Source: an uncultured bacterium
Lineage (GTDB): Bacteria > Actinomycetota > Acidimicrobiia > Spongiisociales > UBA5794
DNA: 64,000 bases
Reading direction: 5' to 3'
Assembly (NCBI GenBank): GCA_963801165.1
Contig: CAWDDT010000009.1
Span: 96,001-160,000, forward strand
Every line of letters starts with the position of its first letter. Within the stretch, counting starts at the first letter, position 1. The translations under genes and the position numbers were made by a program. The notes under the pieces were generated by a model that searched no databases, was not told the origin of the DNA, and saw only the letters and a program-made list of their open reading frames with translations. Of this stretch, positions 46,400-57,431 are shown piece after piece.

Positions 46400-49300
46400 T
46401 CAGCTCATTTCGATCTCGTCGAGAAATCGACGAACCCGTACCGTGCTGACCTTGCCGCGGGTACCCAGAGTCTGGGCGAACAGGCTGACCCGCAATTCCT
46501 GGATCATCCATGCAGCATCCATCAGGCGTACGTCATCTGGAACCGCAGCCGCAATGCGATCCAGCTCGGCTTCGAGGCTATGAATGACCGCCATGTTGGC
46601 CGTGTCGCGGGCCGAATCTGACGCCACCCGGTCGATTCGCAGAATGATTGCCTCCAGATAGCGTGACACGTCGGCGATCCGGTCGGAGCCGATCCTGGTG
46701 AGGAAACCGGGGTATACGAGGGCGGCGACCTGGTTGGCGATATCGTCGATGACCGGGCGATGGCGCTCATCGTCGAGACGGTTGAAGGCTATCTCGGCTT
46801 CCTCGAGGGCGGTCAGCAACTCGAGCGACTCAGCAGCCACCCGGGTCACTAGCGGATGGAGCTCATCACGGGCCACGGCCAGCAGTCGATCGAACCCGGT
46901 TGCATCCCAGGCAGGGCCGCCGGCACGGGCGATGATTTCACCGAGGGCACAGCCGAGACAGTCGTCGACCCATTCGGTCTGATCTCGATGCGGTCCCACC
47001 CCGAGCGCCGCCTTGGCGTCCCGGTCGAGCATCGGGCGGAGCAGCTTGCCGGGTGAAGGTAGGTTGAGCAGCAACAGTCGGATCGTGCCCTGCCACATCG
47101 CGGCGGACTGCTCCTCCGGGGTCGCTAGCAGCCGTACACCCACCGAGTCTCCCTCGTCGACGAGTGCCGGATACGCATTGACGGTGTGGTCCGCCCCGGA
47201 GACGGCGAGGACCTGCGGCAGCTCGCCGATGCTCCATTCGGTGAGCCCGCTGGTTTCGAGATCATGGGTCGTTGCATCGACGGCGGCGGCGGTCTCTGCC
47301 CGTACGTCCTCCTTCAGGACGCGGAGATCACGACCCTCGACGACGACGCTGCCGGTGTCGTCGACGACCCGGAACGTGGGCCGGAGATGCGGGGGCAAGG
47401 AGTCGAGATCGAATGCATCCACCGGAATAAGCTCATTGCCGATCCGGTGCAGTTCACGACGCAGCGTGTGCAGCAAACCTGCGTCGTCACTATCGGAGAT
47501 AGCCGCAAGCACTGTGCGTGCGGTGTCCGGCACCGGGGCGAAGTTCTTTCGCAGTTTCTTGGGAAGGCTCCGGATCAGCTCGATGACGAGCTCCTCGCGG
47601 TAGCCGGGTACATGCCATTCGAAGACCGCCGGGTCGATCCGGTCGAGCCCACGCAGCGGGATGTCGACCGTCATGCCGTCGTGTGCGCTACTCGGGTCGA
47701 ACTCGTAGTCGAGAGGGAGCCCGAGATCTCCGTACTCCCAGACTTCGGGATACGCGTCAGGGTCGGGTGGGGCCACCGTGCGGTCGATTAGAACCTCGTC
47801 GCTGAGGTGGAGGAGATGGGGCTGAACCCCCTTCATGTCCCGCCACCACCGATCGAAGCGGCGAACGTCCGCGACGTCCTCGGGGATACGTGCGGCGAAG
47901 AAAGCCACGAGAGTGTCGTCGTCGACGAGCAGGTTGGCTCGGCGCTCTCTTGTCTCTATCGCGAGCACGTTGTCGATCTGGTTGCGGTTGTGTTCCACGA
48001 AGACATGTGCGGCGTCCCACTCGCCTGCGACCAGTGCGTGCCGGATGAAGAGCTCGCGGGCCGTCCGTGGGTCTATCCGGCCGTACTGAACGACGCGATC
48101 AACATGCAGTTGCATCCCGAACAACGACACCGACTCGCGGGCAACCGCGGCGCCGTGCTCGGTGTCCCACCACGGGTCGGAATAGGATCGGTTGATCAGG
48201 TGGCTCCCCGCTTCTTCCACCCATTGCGGTGAGACGCCGGCGACGGTGTGCGCCCACAGCCGGGTGGTCTCGACCAGCTCGCCCGCCATGACCCACTCGG
48301 GTGTCTGCTTGAACAGGGTCGAGCCTGGAGAGATGAAGAACCGGGCAGAGTGGGCACCGCGATACTCATACCCGTTCGGGTCCTTCTTGCCTACGTGCGA
48401 GAGCAGCCCAGTGAGCAGCGTCCTGTGAATGACGTCTTGGTCGGCCGGTTTCCGATTGCGGTGGAGCCCCAGCTCGTCGGAGATGTCGCGCAGCTGCGAG
48501 TAGACGTCCTGCCATTCGCGCACCCGCCTATAGCTCAGATACTCGTCGCGGCACAGCCTGCGGAACTGGTTGGAGGTACGAGCCCTCCGCTCGGTTCGAA
48601 GGTAATCCCACAGCGAGAGCCAGCCCAGGAAGTCGCTTCGCCCGTCGCGGAACCGGGCGTGCATCTGATCGGCTTGCTGTTCCTTGTCGACCGGTCGCTC
48701 TCTCGGATCCTGGATGGAGAGGGCGGCGGCGATGACCTCGACTTCAGCCAGGCAGTCGTTGCGATGGGCCGCAAGCACCATCGTTCCCAGCCGGATGTCG
48801 ATCGGGAGACGGGCAAGTTGCCTTCCGATTTTCGTCAACCGGGGCTTGCCTTCTCCGCCGGATTCGAGTGCCCGAACCTCCTCCAGTAGCGCATAACCAT
48901 CGCGGATGGAACGCGAGTCGGGCGGGTCGAGAAACGGGAACGACTCGATGTCACCGAGATCGAGGGCCACCATCTGCAAGATCACGGACGCCAACCCGGT
49001 GCGGAGCACCTCGGGTTCGGTGAATTCGGGACGGGTGGCGAAGTCGTCCTCCGAGTAGAGGCGGATACACACCCCGGGGCCGAGCCGGCCACAGCGACCG
49101 GCCCGCTGGTTGGCCGACGCCTGTGAGATCGGTTCGATGGGAAGCCGCTGCACCTTGGTGCGTCGCCCGTAGCGGGAGATACGTGCGGTGCCGGCATCGA
49201 CGACGGCCCGGATGCCGGGGACGGTCAGGGAGGTCTCGGCCACGTTGGTGGCGACAACGATCCGGCGTCCGGTGTGAGCGGCGAAGACACGGTTCTGCTC

Positions 49301-50296
49301 GCCCGTGGACAGCCGCCCGTAGAGAGGGACGACCTCCGTGTGGCGCAGACCGAGATCGTCGATCGCCTCAGCGGCGTCCCTGATCTCCCGCTCGCCGGAG
49401 CAGAAGACGAGGATGTCCCCGTCCTTTTCGGTGAACAGCTCGACGACGGCGTCGCAGATGCCCTCCGGTTGGTCCTTTGGCTCGGGTAGCGCAACGTCGT
49501 CGAGAGGCCGGTACCGCAGCTCGACCGGGTGGGTGCGCCCGGAGACCTCGACGATCGGAGCGTTGTCGAAGTGGGCGGCGAACCGCTCCGTGTCGATGGT
49601 GGCCGAGGTGATGATGACCTTCAGATCGGGCCGCTTCGGGAGCAAGTTCTTGAGATAGCCGAGGAGGAAGTCGATGTTGAGGCTGCGCTCGTGAGCCTCG
49701 TCGATAATGATGGTGTCGTAGCGGTTTAGCCGGCGGTCGTGGTGTATCTCGTTGAGGAGGATGCCGTCGGTCATCAGCTTGACCAGGGTCCTGTCACCAA
49801 CCTGGTCGGAGAACCGCACCGTGTACCCGACCAGCCCGCCGACCGAGTCACCCAGCTCCTCGGCGACCCTGGTTGCGATCGAGCGGGCGGCGAGCCGGCG
49901 GGGCTGGGTGTGTCCGATCCAGCCTTTGACCCCGCGCCCGAGCTCGAGACATAGCTTGGGGATTTGCGTGCTCTTCCCCGAACCGGTCTCCCCGGCCACG
50001 ATCACGACCTGATGGTCACGGATCGTATCGAGCAAGTCCTGCCTGCGACCGGTGATGGGGAGCTCGGCCGGATAGGAGATCTTGTCGGGGAGCGCTTCTT
50101 GCCGTGCGGCGAGCTTGCGAGTCGCGGCCTCGATCTCGTGCTCGAGTGCATCGAGCACCCGGGCACGTTTGTCGGGCGCGGCGATCCTGGCCGCACCCGA
50201 GATCCTCCGCTGGAACTGGCGGCGGTCGGCCGGCGTGAGCCCGTCACTTCGGGCGCGCAAATCGGAGATGCGTACGGACATTCGGATCGGTCGCAT
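46400..50296 (-). CDS. hrpA: ATP-dependent RNA helicase HrpA
   Basis: GETGSGKSTQIPK, TQPRRLAA, DEAHERS, SAT, QRAGRCGR, C-terminal ELRVSLFAQ.LGT. Confidence 0.96.
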   Translation of the reverse strand: MRPIRMSVRISDLRARSDGLTPADRRQFQRRISGAARIAAPDKRARVLDALEHEIEAATRKLAARQEALPDKISYPAELPITGRRQDLLDTIRDHQVVIVAGETGSGKSTQIPKLCLELGRGVKGWIGHTQPRRLAARSIATRVAEELGDSVGGLVGYTVRFSDQVGDRTLVKLMTDGILLNEIHHDRRLNRYDTIIIDEAHERSLNIDFLLGYLKNLLPKRPDLKVIITSATIDTERFAAHFDNAPIVEVSGRTHPVELRYRPLDDVALPEPKDQPEGICDAVVELFTEKDGDILVFCSGEREIRDAAEAIDDLGLRHTEVVPLYGRLSTGEQNRVFAAHTGRRIVVATNVAETSLTVPGIRAVVDAGTARISRYGRRTKVQRLPIEPISQASANQRAGRCGRLGPGVCIRLYSEDDFATRPEFTEPEVLRTGLASVILQMVALDLGDIESFPFLDPPDSRSIRDGYALLEEVRALESGGEGKPRLTKIGRQLARLPIDIRLGTMVLAAHRNDCLAEVEVIAAALSIQDPRERPVDKEQQADQMHARFRDGRSDFLGWLSLWDYLRTERRARTSNQFRRLCRDEYLSYRRVREWQDVYSQLRDISDELGLHRNRKPADQDVIHRTLLTGLLSHVGKKDPNGYEYRGAHSARFFISPGSTLFKQTPEWVMAGELVETTRLWAHTVAGVSPQWVEEAGSHLINRSYSDPWWDTEHGAAVARESVSLFGMQLHVDRVVQYGRIDPRTARELFIRHALVAGEWDAAHVFVEHNRNQIDNVLAIETRERRANLLVDDDTLVAFFAARIPEDVADVRRFDRWWRDMKGVQPHLLHLSDEVLIDRTVAPPDPDAYPEVWEYGDLGLPLDYEFDPSSAHDGMTVDIPLRGLDRIDPAVFEWHVPGYREELVIELIRSLPKKLRKNFAPVPDTARTVLAAISDSDDAGLLHTLRRELHRIGNELIPVDAFDLDSLPPHLRPTFRVVDDTGSVVVEGRDLRVLKEDVRAETAAAVDATTHDLETSGLTEWSIGELPQVLAVSGADHTVNAYPALVDEGDSVGVRLLATPEEQSAAMWQGTIRLLLLNLPSPGKLLRPMLDRDAKAALGVGPHRDQTEWVDDCLGCALGEIIARAGGPAWDATGFDRLLAVARDELHPLVTRVAAESLELLTALEEAEIAFNRLDDERHRPVIDDIANQVAALVYPGFLTRIGSDRIADVSRYLEAIILRIDRVASDSARDTANMAVIHSLEAELDRIAAAVPDDVRLMDAAWMIQELRVSLFAQTLGTRGKVSTVRVRRFLDEIEMS

Positions 50297-50383
50297 GGTA
50301 ATAGCGTGGCTACCGGGCCGGATGGCCGGAGAACTCTCCCGGCTTGTCCGGGGCTGCGCCGGGGGCGTAGTACCTTTATGCGA

Positions 50384-50791
50384 ATGTTCGCCTACAACTT
50401 GCATCACGTAGCTCTGGCGGTTCGTGACCTCGATGCGGCAATCGCCGACTACGCCAGGCTGTATGGCGCCGAGCCGATGTCCCGCGAGGTGGTTGCCGAG
50501 CAGGGTGTCGAGGAGGCGATGATCCCGGTGGGCGGTTCGTACATACAGTTGCTACAACCGCTGGGATCCGATACGCCGGTGGGTCGATTCATCGAATCCC
50601 ACGGTGAAGGGATGCATCACATCGCTCTTGCCGTCGCCGACATCGAAGCCGCGCTTGCGCATCTGAAGGCGGAGGGCTCCCGACTCATAGACGAGCAGCC
50701 CCGCATCGGAGGCCACGGCGCCCGCATCGCATTTGTGCATCCCAAGTCGTTCGCCGGAACGCTTGTCGAGCTCTTAGAGTCGGTCCAGTGA
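50384..50791 (+). CDS. mce: Methylmalonyl-CoA epimerase
   Basis: HHVALAV.DL, EQGV, QLLQP, GEGMHHIA, AFVHPK...GTLVEL. Confidence 0.9.
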   Translation: MFAYNLHHVALAVRDLDAAIADYARLYGAEPMSREVVAEQGVEEAMIPVGGSYIQLLQPLGSDTPVGRFIESHGEGMHHIALAVADIEAALAHLKAEGSRLIDEQPRIGGHGARIAFVHPKSFAGTLVELLESVQ

Positions 50792-51030
50792 AGTACGAGG
50801 TATCAGGTCGTCCGAGCCACGAGGAGACCGCAGCCATAGCCGCGGTCATCGATGCGGTCATCGAGGAGGAGTCACGGGCGCTGGCCACGCCGGCGCAGGT
50901 GCCACGACAGAGCTCCTGGGTGCTCGCCTGGCGACCCCGGGACGTGCCGGCGCCGCTTCCCTCCCATACCTACGACTCCAGGTCATGGGCCGATGCTGAG
51001 CCCGTTGCCCGTCTCGAGTCGACGGAGTAG
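50788..51030 (+). CDS. Acyl-CoA carboxylase epsilon subunit-like small protein
   Basis: G.PS.EE.AAI.AV and S.W..A.R pattern; GTGA coupling to mce. Confidence 0.6.
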   Translation: MKYEVSGRPSHEETAAIAAVIDAVIEEESRALATPAQVPRQSSWVLAWRPRDVPAPLPSHTYDSRSWADAEPVARLESTE

Positions 51031-51063
51031 CGGTCTCAGAAGGTCCAACATCCTCCTACCGGC

Positions 51064-52428
51064 TCACGCCTCCGTAGACTCGACCGACTCGTCCTGTTCG
51101 TCGTCCGCGGTCTCCTGGTGGGTCGTACCGGCTTGCGGGATGATCTTCGACAGCTGCAGCGAGAAGCGGAATGAGGCACCCCTGGGGAATCGGGGTGCGT
51201 ACCAGACGTCACCGCCCATGGCCCTCGCCAACTGGCGGGCGATGGGCAGCCCGAGTCCGACACCGTCGGCGGCCCGGCTGTCTCCCTTGTTGAGCTGCTC
51301 GAAGTGCTCGAAAATCCTCTCCCAGTCGCCCTCGGCGATACCCGGACCGTTGTCCGCCACTGTCACCGTATAGATGTCGGTGCCCTCCTCGCCTGCGATC
51401 TGCACCGAATCGCCCCCGTACTTCCTTGCGTTGTCGAACAGGTTGCGCAGGATCTGTCCGGTCCGGCCCCGGTCGGCCTTGACGATCACCCCGCCGGGAA
51501 CGGAGGTGTCGATCTCCTTGCCGGTCTGCGCAAAGACGAGCCGCGCCGTTGCCGCTATCTCGTTGGCGAGATCGAACTCCTGGGGGCGGAGCCGGAGCCG
51601 GCCGGCTTCGATACGTGGGATCACCAGAATGTCCTCGACCAGGTCGCTCAGATGATGTGCCTCCTGCCTCATGATGATGAGGAACTCATCGATCTCTTCG
51701 GGATCTAGATCGGCCCAGTTCGACCGCAGAGTCTCCGAGAACCCGGCAATGCTGGTGAGCGGGGTCCGGAACTCGTGGCTGACCATCGATACGAATTCGT
51801 CCTTCAGCTCGACGGCACGCCGCTCCGCAGCCAGCGCCGCCCGATGGCGCATAGTGGATGCGTGGAGTGCCTGGACGGCACCGTACAGCAGTGAACCCAC
51901 GAGGAGCGACATCAGGACAACCGAGACGATATCGAATACGCTCGCCTTGGTCTCACTCAGCTGTGGGTCTCCAAGCGGGGCAAGGATCGCAACCGGGATC
52001 CCGACGGCCAGCGCCGTCCCGACCAACGCCGCAGCCTGGGGAATGGGCAGCAGAAGGAGGGCACCGGTGAGCAGGTACAGGAATGTCGCCGCAAGCGAGA
52101 TGCCGACTTCTCCCTTGAGCAGCTCGATCCCGGCAAATACGACCGTGTCGGTCAGCAACATCGGGAGGGCGCTTGTGCCGTGGTTGCGGCGCATTAGACC
52201 ATCCCCAACGAGGTAGGCCGCGACAACCGCCGACCAACGTGAGTTGGTCTCGATCATCCCGGCGAGCGCAAGCGTCACCAGCACGACGCCGAGCAGGGCA
52301 CGCACGGTGTTCACGCGTTTGCGGACCTCGGCATAGGCGACGGGCGCCTGGATTCTGGCAAGGTCAGGGGTGCTCACGGGTGTAACGCCCTTTGTTGACG
52401 GCTCCCTGTCGCTTGCAGGATACGACAT
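51064..52428 (-). CDS. Membrane sensor histidine kinase
   Basis: Multi-TM N-terminus; VSHEFRTPLT, NLFDNARKY, DNGPG, GVGLGL. Start uncertain. Confidence 0.9.
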   Translation of the reverse strand: MSYPASDREPSTKGVTPVSTPDLARIQAPVAYAEVRKRVNTVRALLGVVLVTLALAGMIETNSRWSAVVAAYLVGDGLMRRNHGTSALPMLLTDTVVFAGIELLKGEVGISLAATFLYLLTGALLLLPIPQAAALVGTALAVGIPVAILAPLGDPQLSETKASVFDIVSVVLMSLLVGSLLYGAVQALHASTMRHRAALAAERRAVELKDEFVSMVSHEFRTPLTSIAGFSETLRSNWADLDPEEIDEFLIIMRQEAHHLSDLVEDILVIPRIEAGRLRLRPQEFDLANEIAATARLVFAQTGKEIDTSVPGGVIVKADRGRTGQILRNLFDNARKYGGDSVQIAGEEGTDIYTVTVADNGPGIAEGDWERIFEHFEQLNKGDSRAADGVGLGLPIARQLARAMGGDVWYAPRFPRGASFRFSLQLSKIIPQAGTTHQETADDEQDESVESTEA

Positions 52429-52441
52429 AGCAGCAGCGTAC

Positions 52442-53305
52442 TCACTGCTCCGGTGCTGGAGGGATCGGTTGCCGGGCCGCCTCGAGCTGATCGACAACAT
52501 CGTCGGGGACACGCAGATCGCCCTTGCCGGAGCCGATGCGAAGGTGCGGCTTGTACTTGCCGTGATAGTCGGAGCCGCCCGTGGCGACGATGTGGAGGTC
52601 GTCGCATATTTGGGCGATGTGGGTTCTCATTTCGGGGGTGTACTCGCCGTAGTAAGCCTCGATCCCTCCCAGCCCGAGCGATACGAGCTCACGGAAGCCT
52701 GTGGCGAATTCCCGGGCGTTGAGGTTGAGCGTGTGCGGGTGGGCGATCACCGGCACTGCGCCGCATTCCCGGCTCAGTGTGATTGCCTCCGCCGCCGTGA
52801 GCCTCATCCTGGGAACGTATCCGGGGCGGCCCGCCGCGAGGTAACGGTCGAAGGCCTCGGGGACCGTCTCCACGTACCCCTTCTCGATGAGGACACCTGC
52901 GAAGTGCGGGCGACCGACAACCCCGGTGCCGGCCTCGCGGCGCACCTCGTCCATTGTGATGTCGAGGCCCAGTGCGCATAGTCGGGACACGATCTCGTCG
53001 TTGCGGTGGGCGCGGGAGTCGCGTAGTCCTGCAAGACGATCCTGCAATGCCCCGGGTCCCGGCTCGAGAAAGTACACAAGCATATGCATCGCTTCGGTGC
53101 CCCATGCCACCGAGAGCTCGGTGCCACCGATGAACCGGATACCTTGCTGCCGTGCCGCAGCCGCGGCCGCGGGGAGGCCGTCGAGAATGTCGTGGTCGGT
53201 CAATGCGATACCGGTGAGGCCGGCGGCATGGGCTTGTGCGACGATGTCCTCAGGTGTATCGGATCCGTCCGAGTACACGCTGTGCAGGTGAAGATCAACC
53301 GTCAC
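52442..53305 (-). CDS. PHP domain protein (TrpH/YciV-like)
   Basis: DLHLHSVYSDG, LTDHD, GTELS, GRPH, AHP, GGSDYHG. Confidence 0.92.
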   Translation of the reverse strand: MTVDLHLHSVYSDGSDTPEDIVAQAHAAGLTGIALTDHDILDGLPAAAAAARQQGIRFIGGTELSVAWGTEAMHMLVYFLEPGPGALQDRLAGLRDSRAHRNDEIVSRLCALGLDITMDEVRREAGTGVVGRPHFAGVLIEKGYVETVPEAFDRYLAAGRPGYVPRMRLTAAEAITLSRECGAVPVIAHPHTLNLNAREFATGFRELVSLGLGGIEAYYGEYTPEMRTHIAQICDDLHIVATGGSDYHGKYKPHLRIGSGKGDLRVPDDVVDQLEAARQPIPPAPEQ

Positions 53306-53312
53306 CGGGCCT

Positions 53313-53480
53313 TCAGCCCCAGACTGCGTTGGCCACGATCAACAGCACGAAGAAGACCACTACCCATATCGCCACGCGTTTCGCGGTGCTGAGGACCTTC
53401 TCGCGTCGGTTCACCTTGTTGAGCTCAACTTGCTTGACGGCCCGGTTCTGCCGTTGCCGCTCGCGTTTGTCAGTCGCCAT
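53313..53480 (-). CDS. Small basic membrane-anchored protein (55 aa)
   Basis: MATDKRERQRQNR...KRVAIWVVVFFVLLIVANAVWG; fills the gap between the cyclophilin and PHP genes. Confidence 0.7.
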   Translation of the reverse strand: MATDKRERQRQNRAVKQVELNKVNRREKVLSTAKRVAIWVVVFFVLLIVANAVWG

Positions 53481-53512
53481 GCTGCCCAGAGCATAGCGAG
53501 CGAGCGATCGGG

Positions 53513-54280
53513 CTATCCGTTGATGATGACCCGTTCTATGTACAGGGTCTCGAGCGGGACGCTCTTCTCGCCGAAGGGGTTGACGCCGAGCGGGATCCCG
53601 GCGATGGCGTCGAGGGCATCGAAGCCGCCGACGACCTTTCCGAAGTAGCTGTAGTCGTTGGGAAGCGGGGCGTCGGCGAGTGTGATGAAGAACTGCGATC
53701 CGCCCGTGTTTGGTCCCGAGTTGGCCATGGCCAGGGAGCCCGTCGCGTATACGAACCCGGCTTCGGGCAACTCGTCGGGGATGACGTAGCCGGGACCGCC
53801 ACGCCCGGTGGCCGTCGGGTCGCCGGCCTGAACGACGAAGCCGGGCACTATCCGATGCGACACCGTCCCGTCGAAGTAGCCGCTGCGGGCGAGGAAGACG
53901 AACGAGTTGACGGTCTCCGGTGCGATTGACGGGTCGAGCTCCACGACGATGTCGCCACACGAAGTCGTGATGGTGGCCTTGACCATCTGTGCCGGGTCGA
54001 GCCCCTGGTCTTCCGGAGCGTCGAAGGTCATCTCCCGCGCCGGTTCCGGTGCCGTCGCCCCGCACGCGGTTGGCTGGGCCGTGAAGCCCGCATAGTCGGA
54101 TGGGGGAACGCTGGGGAGGGTGATCTCGGGGAGGCTGCCGGTCGTCGTTGTGGAGTCGGCCGTTCCTGTCGATGTGTCGGAAGACGCCGCGCCGGCGTAT
54201 TTGTCGCCCCCGCCGCACGCCGCAGCGAGAAGGGCCACGCTGAGCGCGAGGAGGGCGAGCCGTGTGGTGTGGGAACGCAT
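53513..54280 (-). CDS. Cyclophilin-type peptidyl-prolyl isomerase, lipoprotein
   Basis: LAAA-C lipobox; AP.TVNSF, HRIVPGFVVQAGDP, LAMANSGPNTGGSQFFI. Confidence 0.93.
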   Translation of the reverse strand: MRSHTTRLALLALSVALLAAACGGGDKYAGAASSDTSTGTADSTTTTGSLPEITLPSVPPSDYAGFTAQPTACGATAPEPAREMTFDAPEDQGLDPAQMVKATITTSCGDIVVELDPSIAPETVNSFVFLARSGYFDGTVSHRIVPGFVVQAGDPTATGRGGPGYVIPDELPEAGFVYATGSLAMANSGPNTGGSQFFITLADAPLPNDYSYFGKVVGGFDALDAIAGIPLGVNPFGEKSVPLETLYIERVIING

Positions 54281-54336
54281 GAGAGGGGATGGTAGGGCAC
54301 CCGGTCACATACAGGTGCGCGCCGCCGGCCTCGGGC

Positions 54337-54819
54337 TCAGTCGCCTTTACCCGTTCGGGCTCGCCAGCGGGCGAGCATCTCGGGGATCTCGGCGGCCATG
54401 AACTCGAAGAAGTCCGCCATCTCGGTGAAGCGCCCACCCGCTGCCGTTGTAGGCCCACCCAGCGTTTCCGCTCCGCGGCGAGCCCGTCCGGCGACCCGGC
54501 TGAAGAAGTCGGTCTTGAGGATCGATGCCTCGTACCAGGCCGAGTTGGGTATCGCATAGGTGGCGCGGCGGCGTCCGGGATGGGGACGTGGTACCACCAG
54601 CCCGACATCGACGAGGTAGCGGACGGCACCTGAGATGGCGGCTGGGCTGACGCCGAGGCTCTCGGCCAGCTCTCCGGCGTCGAGGGACTCCCGCTCGGTC
54701 GCCATGAGCAAGAAGAGCACCCTGCCCGGCATCCGCGGAAAACCCCACGATGCCATCAGCAGCGCCGTCTCCTCGACCAGCTCGAGGAGGGCGGGATCCT
54801 CGGGTGTTTGCTCGGCCAC
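54337..54819 (-). CDS. GbsR/MarR family transcriptional regulator
   Basis: [37 protein letters not shown]; TATGGT-N6-GTG leaderless-type start at 54819. Confidence 0.88.
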   Translation of the reverse strand: MAEQTPEDPALLELVEETALLMASWGFPRMPGRVLFLLMATERESLDAGELAESLGVSPAAISGAVRYLVDVGLVVPRPHPGRRRATYAIPNSAWYEASILKTDFFSRVAGRARRGAETLGGPTTAAGGRFTEMADFFEFMAAEIPEMLARWRARTGKGD

Positions 54820-54847
54820 ACCGGGACCATAGGTGAATTTCACAACC

Positions 54848-54863
54848 TTCACAAGTTTATGAA
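54848..54863. promoter_or_regulatory. Putative GbsR-family operator TTCA-N8-TGAA
   Basis: ttcacaagtttatgaa in the AT-rich divergent spacer, with an extra TTCACAA half-site upstream. Confidence 0.55.
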
Positions 54864-54882
54864 AGTAGTATATGTTCGGAGC

Positions 54883-55773
54883 ATGGAAGATGTAATCGAA
54901 GTTCGGGGTCTCGAGAAGAGGTTCGGGTTAACTGTTGCCCTGGACGGTCTCGACATGTCAGTTGCCGCCGGCGAGGTGCATGGGTTTCTCGGTCCAAACG
55001 GTGCCGGCAAGTCGACGACGATCCGGGTCCTGCTCGGGCTGATCCGGGCAGCCGCCGGCTCGGCTCGTGTGCTTGGCAGCGACCCGTGGCGCGACGCCGC
55101 TGAGTTGCACAGGAGGCTTGCCTACGTGCCCGGTGACGTCGCCCTATGGCCGATGCTATCGGGTGGAGAGGTCATCGATCTGTTGGGTCGAATGGGTGGG
55201 GGCCTCGACGGCCGGCGCAAGACGAGCCTGATCGACCGATTCGAGCTCGATCCCACCAAGAAGTGCAAGACGTACTCGAAGGGCAACCGGCAGAAGGTGG
55301 CCCTCATTGCTGCCCTCGCCTCAAACGCCGAGCTACTCATTCTCGACGAGCCGACCTCCGGGTTGGACCCGTTGATGGAGGCCGAGTTCGGTCGGGTGAT
55401 CAGAGAAGACAGCGGGAACGGGCGATCGGTGCTGATGGCGAGTCACATCCTCTCCGAGGTGGAGGCATTGTGCGAGCGGGTGAGCATCGTGAGAGCAGGG
55501 AAGATCGTCGAAACGGGGTCTCTCGACGATATGCGCCATCTGACCAGGACCACGATCTCGGCAGAACTCGCCGCATCACCGGCCGGGCTCCCTTCTCTCG
55601 AGGGCGTGCACGATCTGTCTGTTGACGGGGCTACGGTCAGTTTCCAGGTCGATCAGACTTCGCTCGACGCCGCCTTGAAGGTTCTCGCCTCGGCCGGTGT
55701 CGTGTCGTTGGTCAGCAGGCCGCCAACGCTCGAGGAGCTGTTCCTGAGGCACTACCAGGAGGCCTCGTCGTGA
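54883..55773 (+). CDS. ABC exporter ATP-binding protein
   Basis: [34 protein letters not shown]. Confidence 0.93.
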   Translation: MEDVIEVRGLEKRFGLTVALDGLDMSVAAGEVHGFLGPNGAGKSTTIRVLLGLIRAAAGSARVLGSDPWRDAAELHRRLAYVPGDVALWPMLSGGEVIDLLGRMGGGLDGRRKTSLIDRFELDPTKKCKTYSKGNRQKVALIAALASNAELLILDEPTSGLDPLMEAEFGRVIREDSGNGRSVLMASHILSEVEALCERVSIVRAGKIVETGSLDDMRHLTRTTISAELAASPAGLPSLEGVHDLSVDGATVSFQVDQTSLDAALKVLASAGVVSLVSRPPTLEELFLRHYQEASS

Positions 55774-57365
55774 GCGAGATCGCCGGTCTCGGCCGGATGA
55801 TCAGGATGATTCTGCGGCGGGACAGGATCCAGCTCCCGGTGTGGATCCTCGTCATCGGGTTGCTTCCGGCGGGGGTCGCGTCTGCGTTCACCGGGCTCTA
55901 CCCGACCACTGCGGCCCTGAGCACCGCGGCCGCCACTATCGCCTCGAACACCGCCTTTGTGGCGTTCCTCGGCCCGATCCAATCTCCAACCCTCGGCGGT
56001 CTTGTCGTGTGGCGCGTGGGTGCAGCCCTCTCGGTCCTCGCCGGCGTGATGAGCGTGTTGCTCATCACCCGCCACACGCGGGCGGAAGAGCAGACAGGGC
56101 GGAGAGAGCTGATCGGGTCGACCACCATCGGACGCCAGGCGCCGCTGGCGGCCGCGATCGTGGTCGGGGCGGCAGCCAATCTGGTCGCCGGGCTGCTTAT
56201 TGTGGCAGGGCTGCTCAACGCCGGGCTGGAAGCGAAAGGAGCGGTGGCCTTCGGGCTCGCCATCACTACGGTCGGATGGCTTTTCACGGGTATCGCCGCG
56301 TTTGCCGCCCAACTGCCCGACAGCAGCCGGACCAGTAATGCAATCGGCATGGCGGTGATCGGTGCATCGTTTGTGCTTCGGGTAGCCGGCGACGCGGCCG
56401 GTACCGGCGGAGCGGGATGGCTGTCGTGGATCTCGCCTATCGGGTTGGCCGCACGGGTAGGGGCGTTTGCCGGCGAGCGGTGGTGGCCCGTCCTGGTGCT
56501 GACGATCGTGGCCCTGGGGCTTGTGGCGACTGCTTTGGCAATCTCCAACCGGCGGGATGTCGGATCGGCGGTCATCCGCACCGGGCGCGGTCCTGCCGAA
56601 GCCGTGCCGTCGCTCCGGTCTCCGTGGGCGCTCGCCTGGCGCCTACAGCGCGGCCTCGCTCTTTCGTGGACGGTCGCCTTTGCCGTGTTCGGGTTGCTCC
56701 TCGGCGCGTTCGCCGAGGGTGTCGGGACGCTGATGGAGGAGACCCCCACCCTCGCCGATGTGATAGCCCGTCTGGGTGGTTCGTCAATCATCTCCAACGC
56801 CTATCTCGCCGCCATGCTCAGCGTCGCCGCGGGTATCGCGGCGGCACACGGAGTGCAGGCGGTGCTCAGACTGCATGGGGAGGAGACCGACCAGCATGCC
56901 GAAATCGTTCTCGCCGGTGCCGTCGACCGCCGTAGCTGGGTCGGTAGCCACCTGCTCTTCGGCGTGATGGCGCCGGTTGTGGACATGGTCGTATTCGGGG
57001 CGGCGATGGGGTTGGCGTACGGGATATCTACCGGCGACGCCACTGAGGTCCTCCGGGTGGCCGGGGCAGCAATGGTCTACGTGCCCGCTTCCTGGGTGAT
57101 GGTTGGATTGGCCCTGCTCGTGTTTGCGGTCGTCCCGCAGCGCGGCGCCCTCGGCTGGAGTGCGCTTGGCGCCGCGCTGATCCTGACACTGCTGGGCAGC
57201 GCGCTCAACCTCGACCAGTGGCTGCTCGATCTGTCGCCTTTCACCCATTCACCGAGTGTGCCCGGGGGTGCGGTTCGTGCGCTTCCCCTGGTTGTCTTGA
57301 TAGGCCTCTCCGGATCGCTCGCCTGGTCCGGGCTAATGGCCTTCGGACACCGCGACCTGGAGTGA
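55770..57365 (+). CDS. ABC exporter permease (tetronasin/polyketide exporter-like, duplicated ABC-2)
   Basis: [41 protein letters not shown]. Confidence 0.88.
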   Translation: MSEIAGLGRMIRMILRRDRIQLPVWILVIGLLPAGVASAFTGLYPTTAALSTAAATIASNTAFVAFLGPIQSPTLGGLVVWRVGAALSVLAGVMSVLLITRHTRAEEQTGRRELIGSTTIGRQAPLAAAIVVGAAANLVAGLLIVAGLLNAGLEAKGAVAFGLAITTVGWLFTGIAAFAAQLPDSSRTSNAIGMAVIGASFVLRVAGDAAGTGGAGWLSWISPIGLAARVGAFAGERWWPVLVLTIVALGLVATALAISNRRDVGSAVIRTGRGPAEAVPSLRSPWALAWRLQRGLALSWTVAFAVFGLLLGAFAEGVGTLMEETPTLADVIARLGGSSIISNAYLAAMLSVAAGIAAAHGVQAVLRLHGEETDQHAEIVLAGAVDRRSWVGSHLLFGVMAPVVDMVVFGAAMGLAYGISTGDATEVLRVAGAAMVYVPASWVMVGLALLVFAVVPQRGALGWSALGAALILTLLGSALNLDQWLLDLSPFTHSPSVPGGAVRALPLVVLIGLSGSLAWSGLMAFGHRDLE

Positions 57366-57431
57366 CCCGGACATCATCCGCTACATCGGCGGTGATTACT
57401 CACCTCTCGCGTACCCCGTTACACTCGCCGA

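Noticed and set aside
53313-54629. 438-aa ORF spanning the cyclophilin gene
   Set aside because: It is Arg/Pro-rich off-frame sequence; only the last 55 codons look like a real gene.
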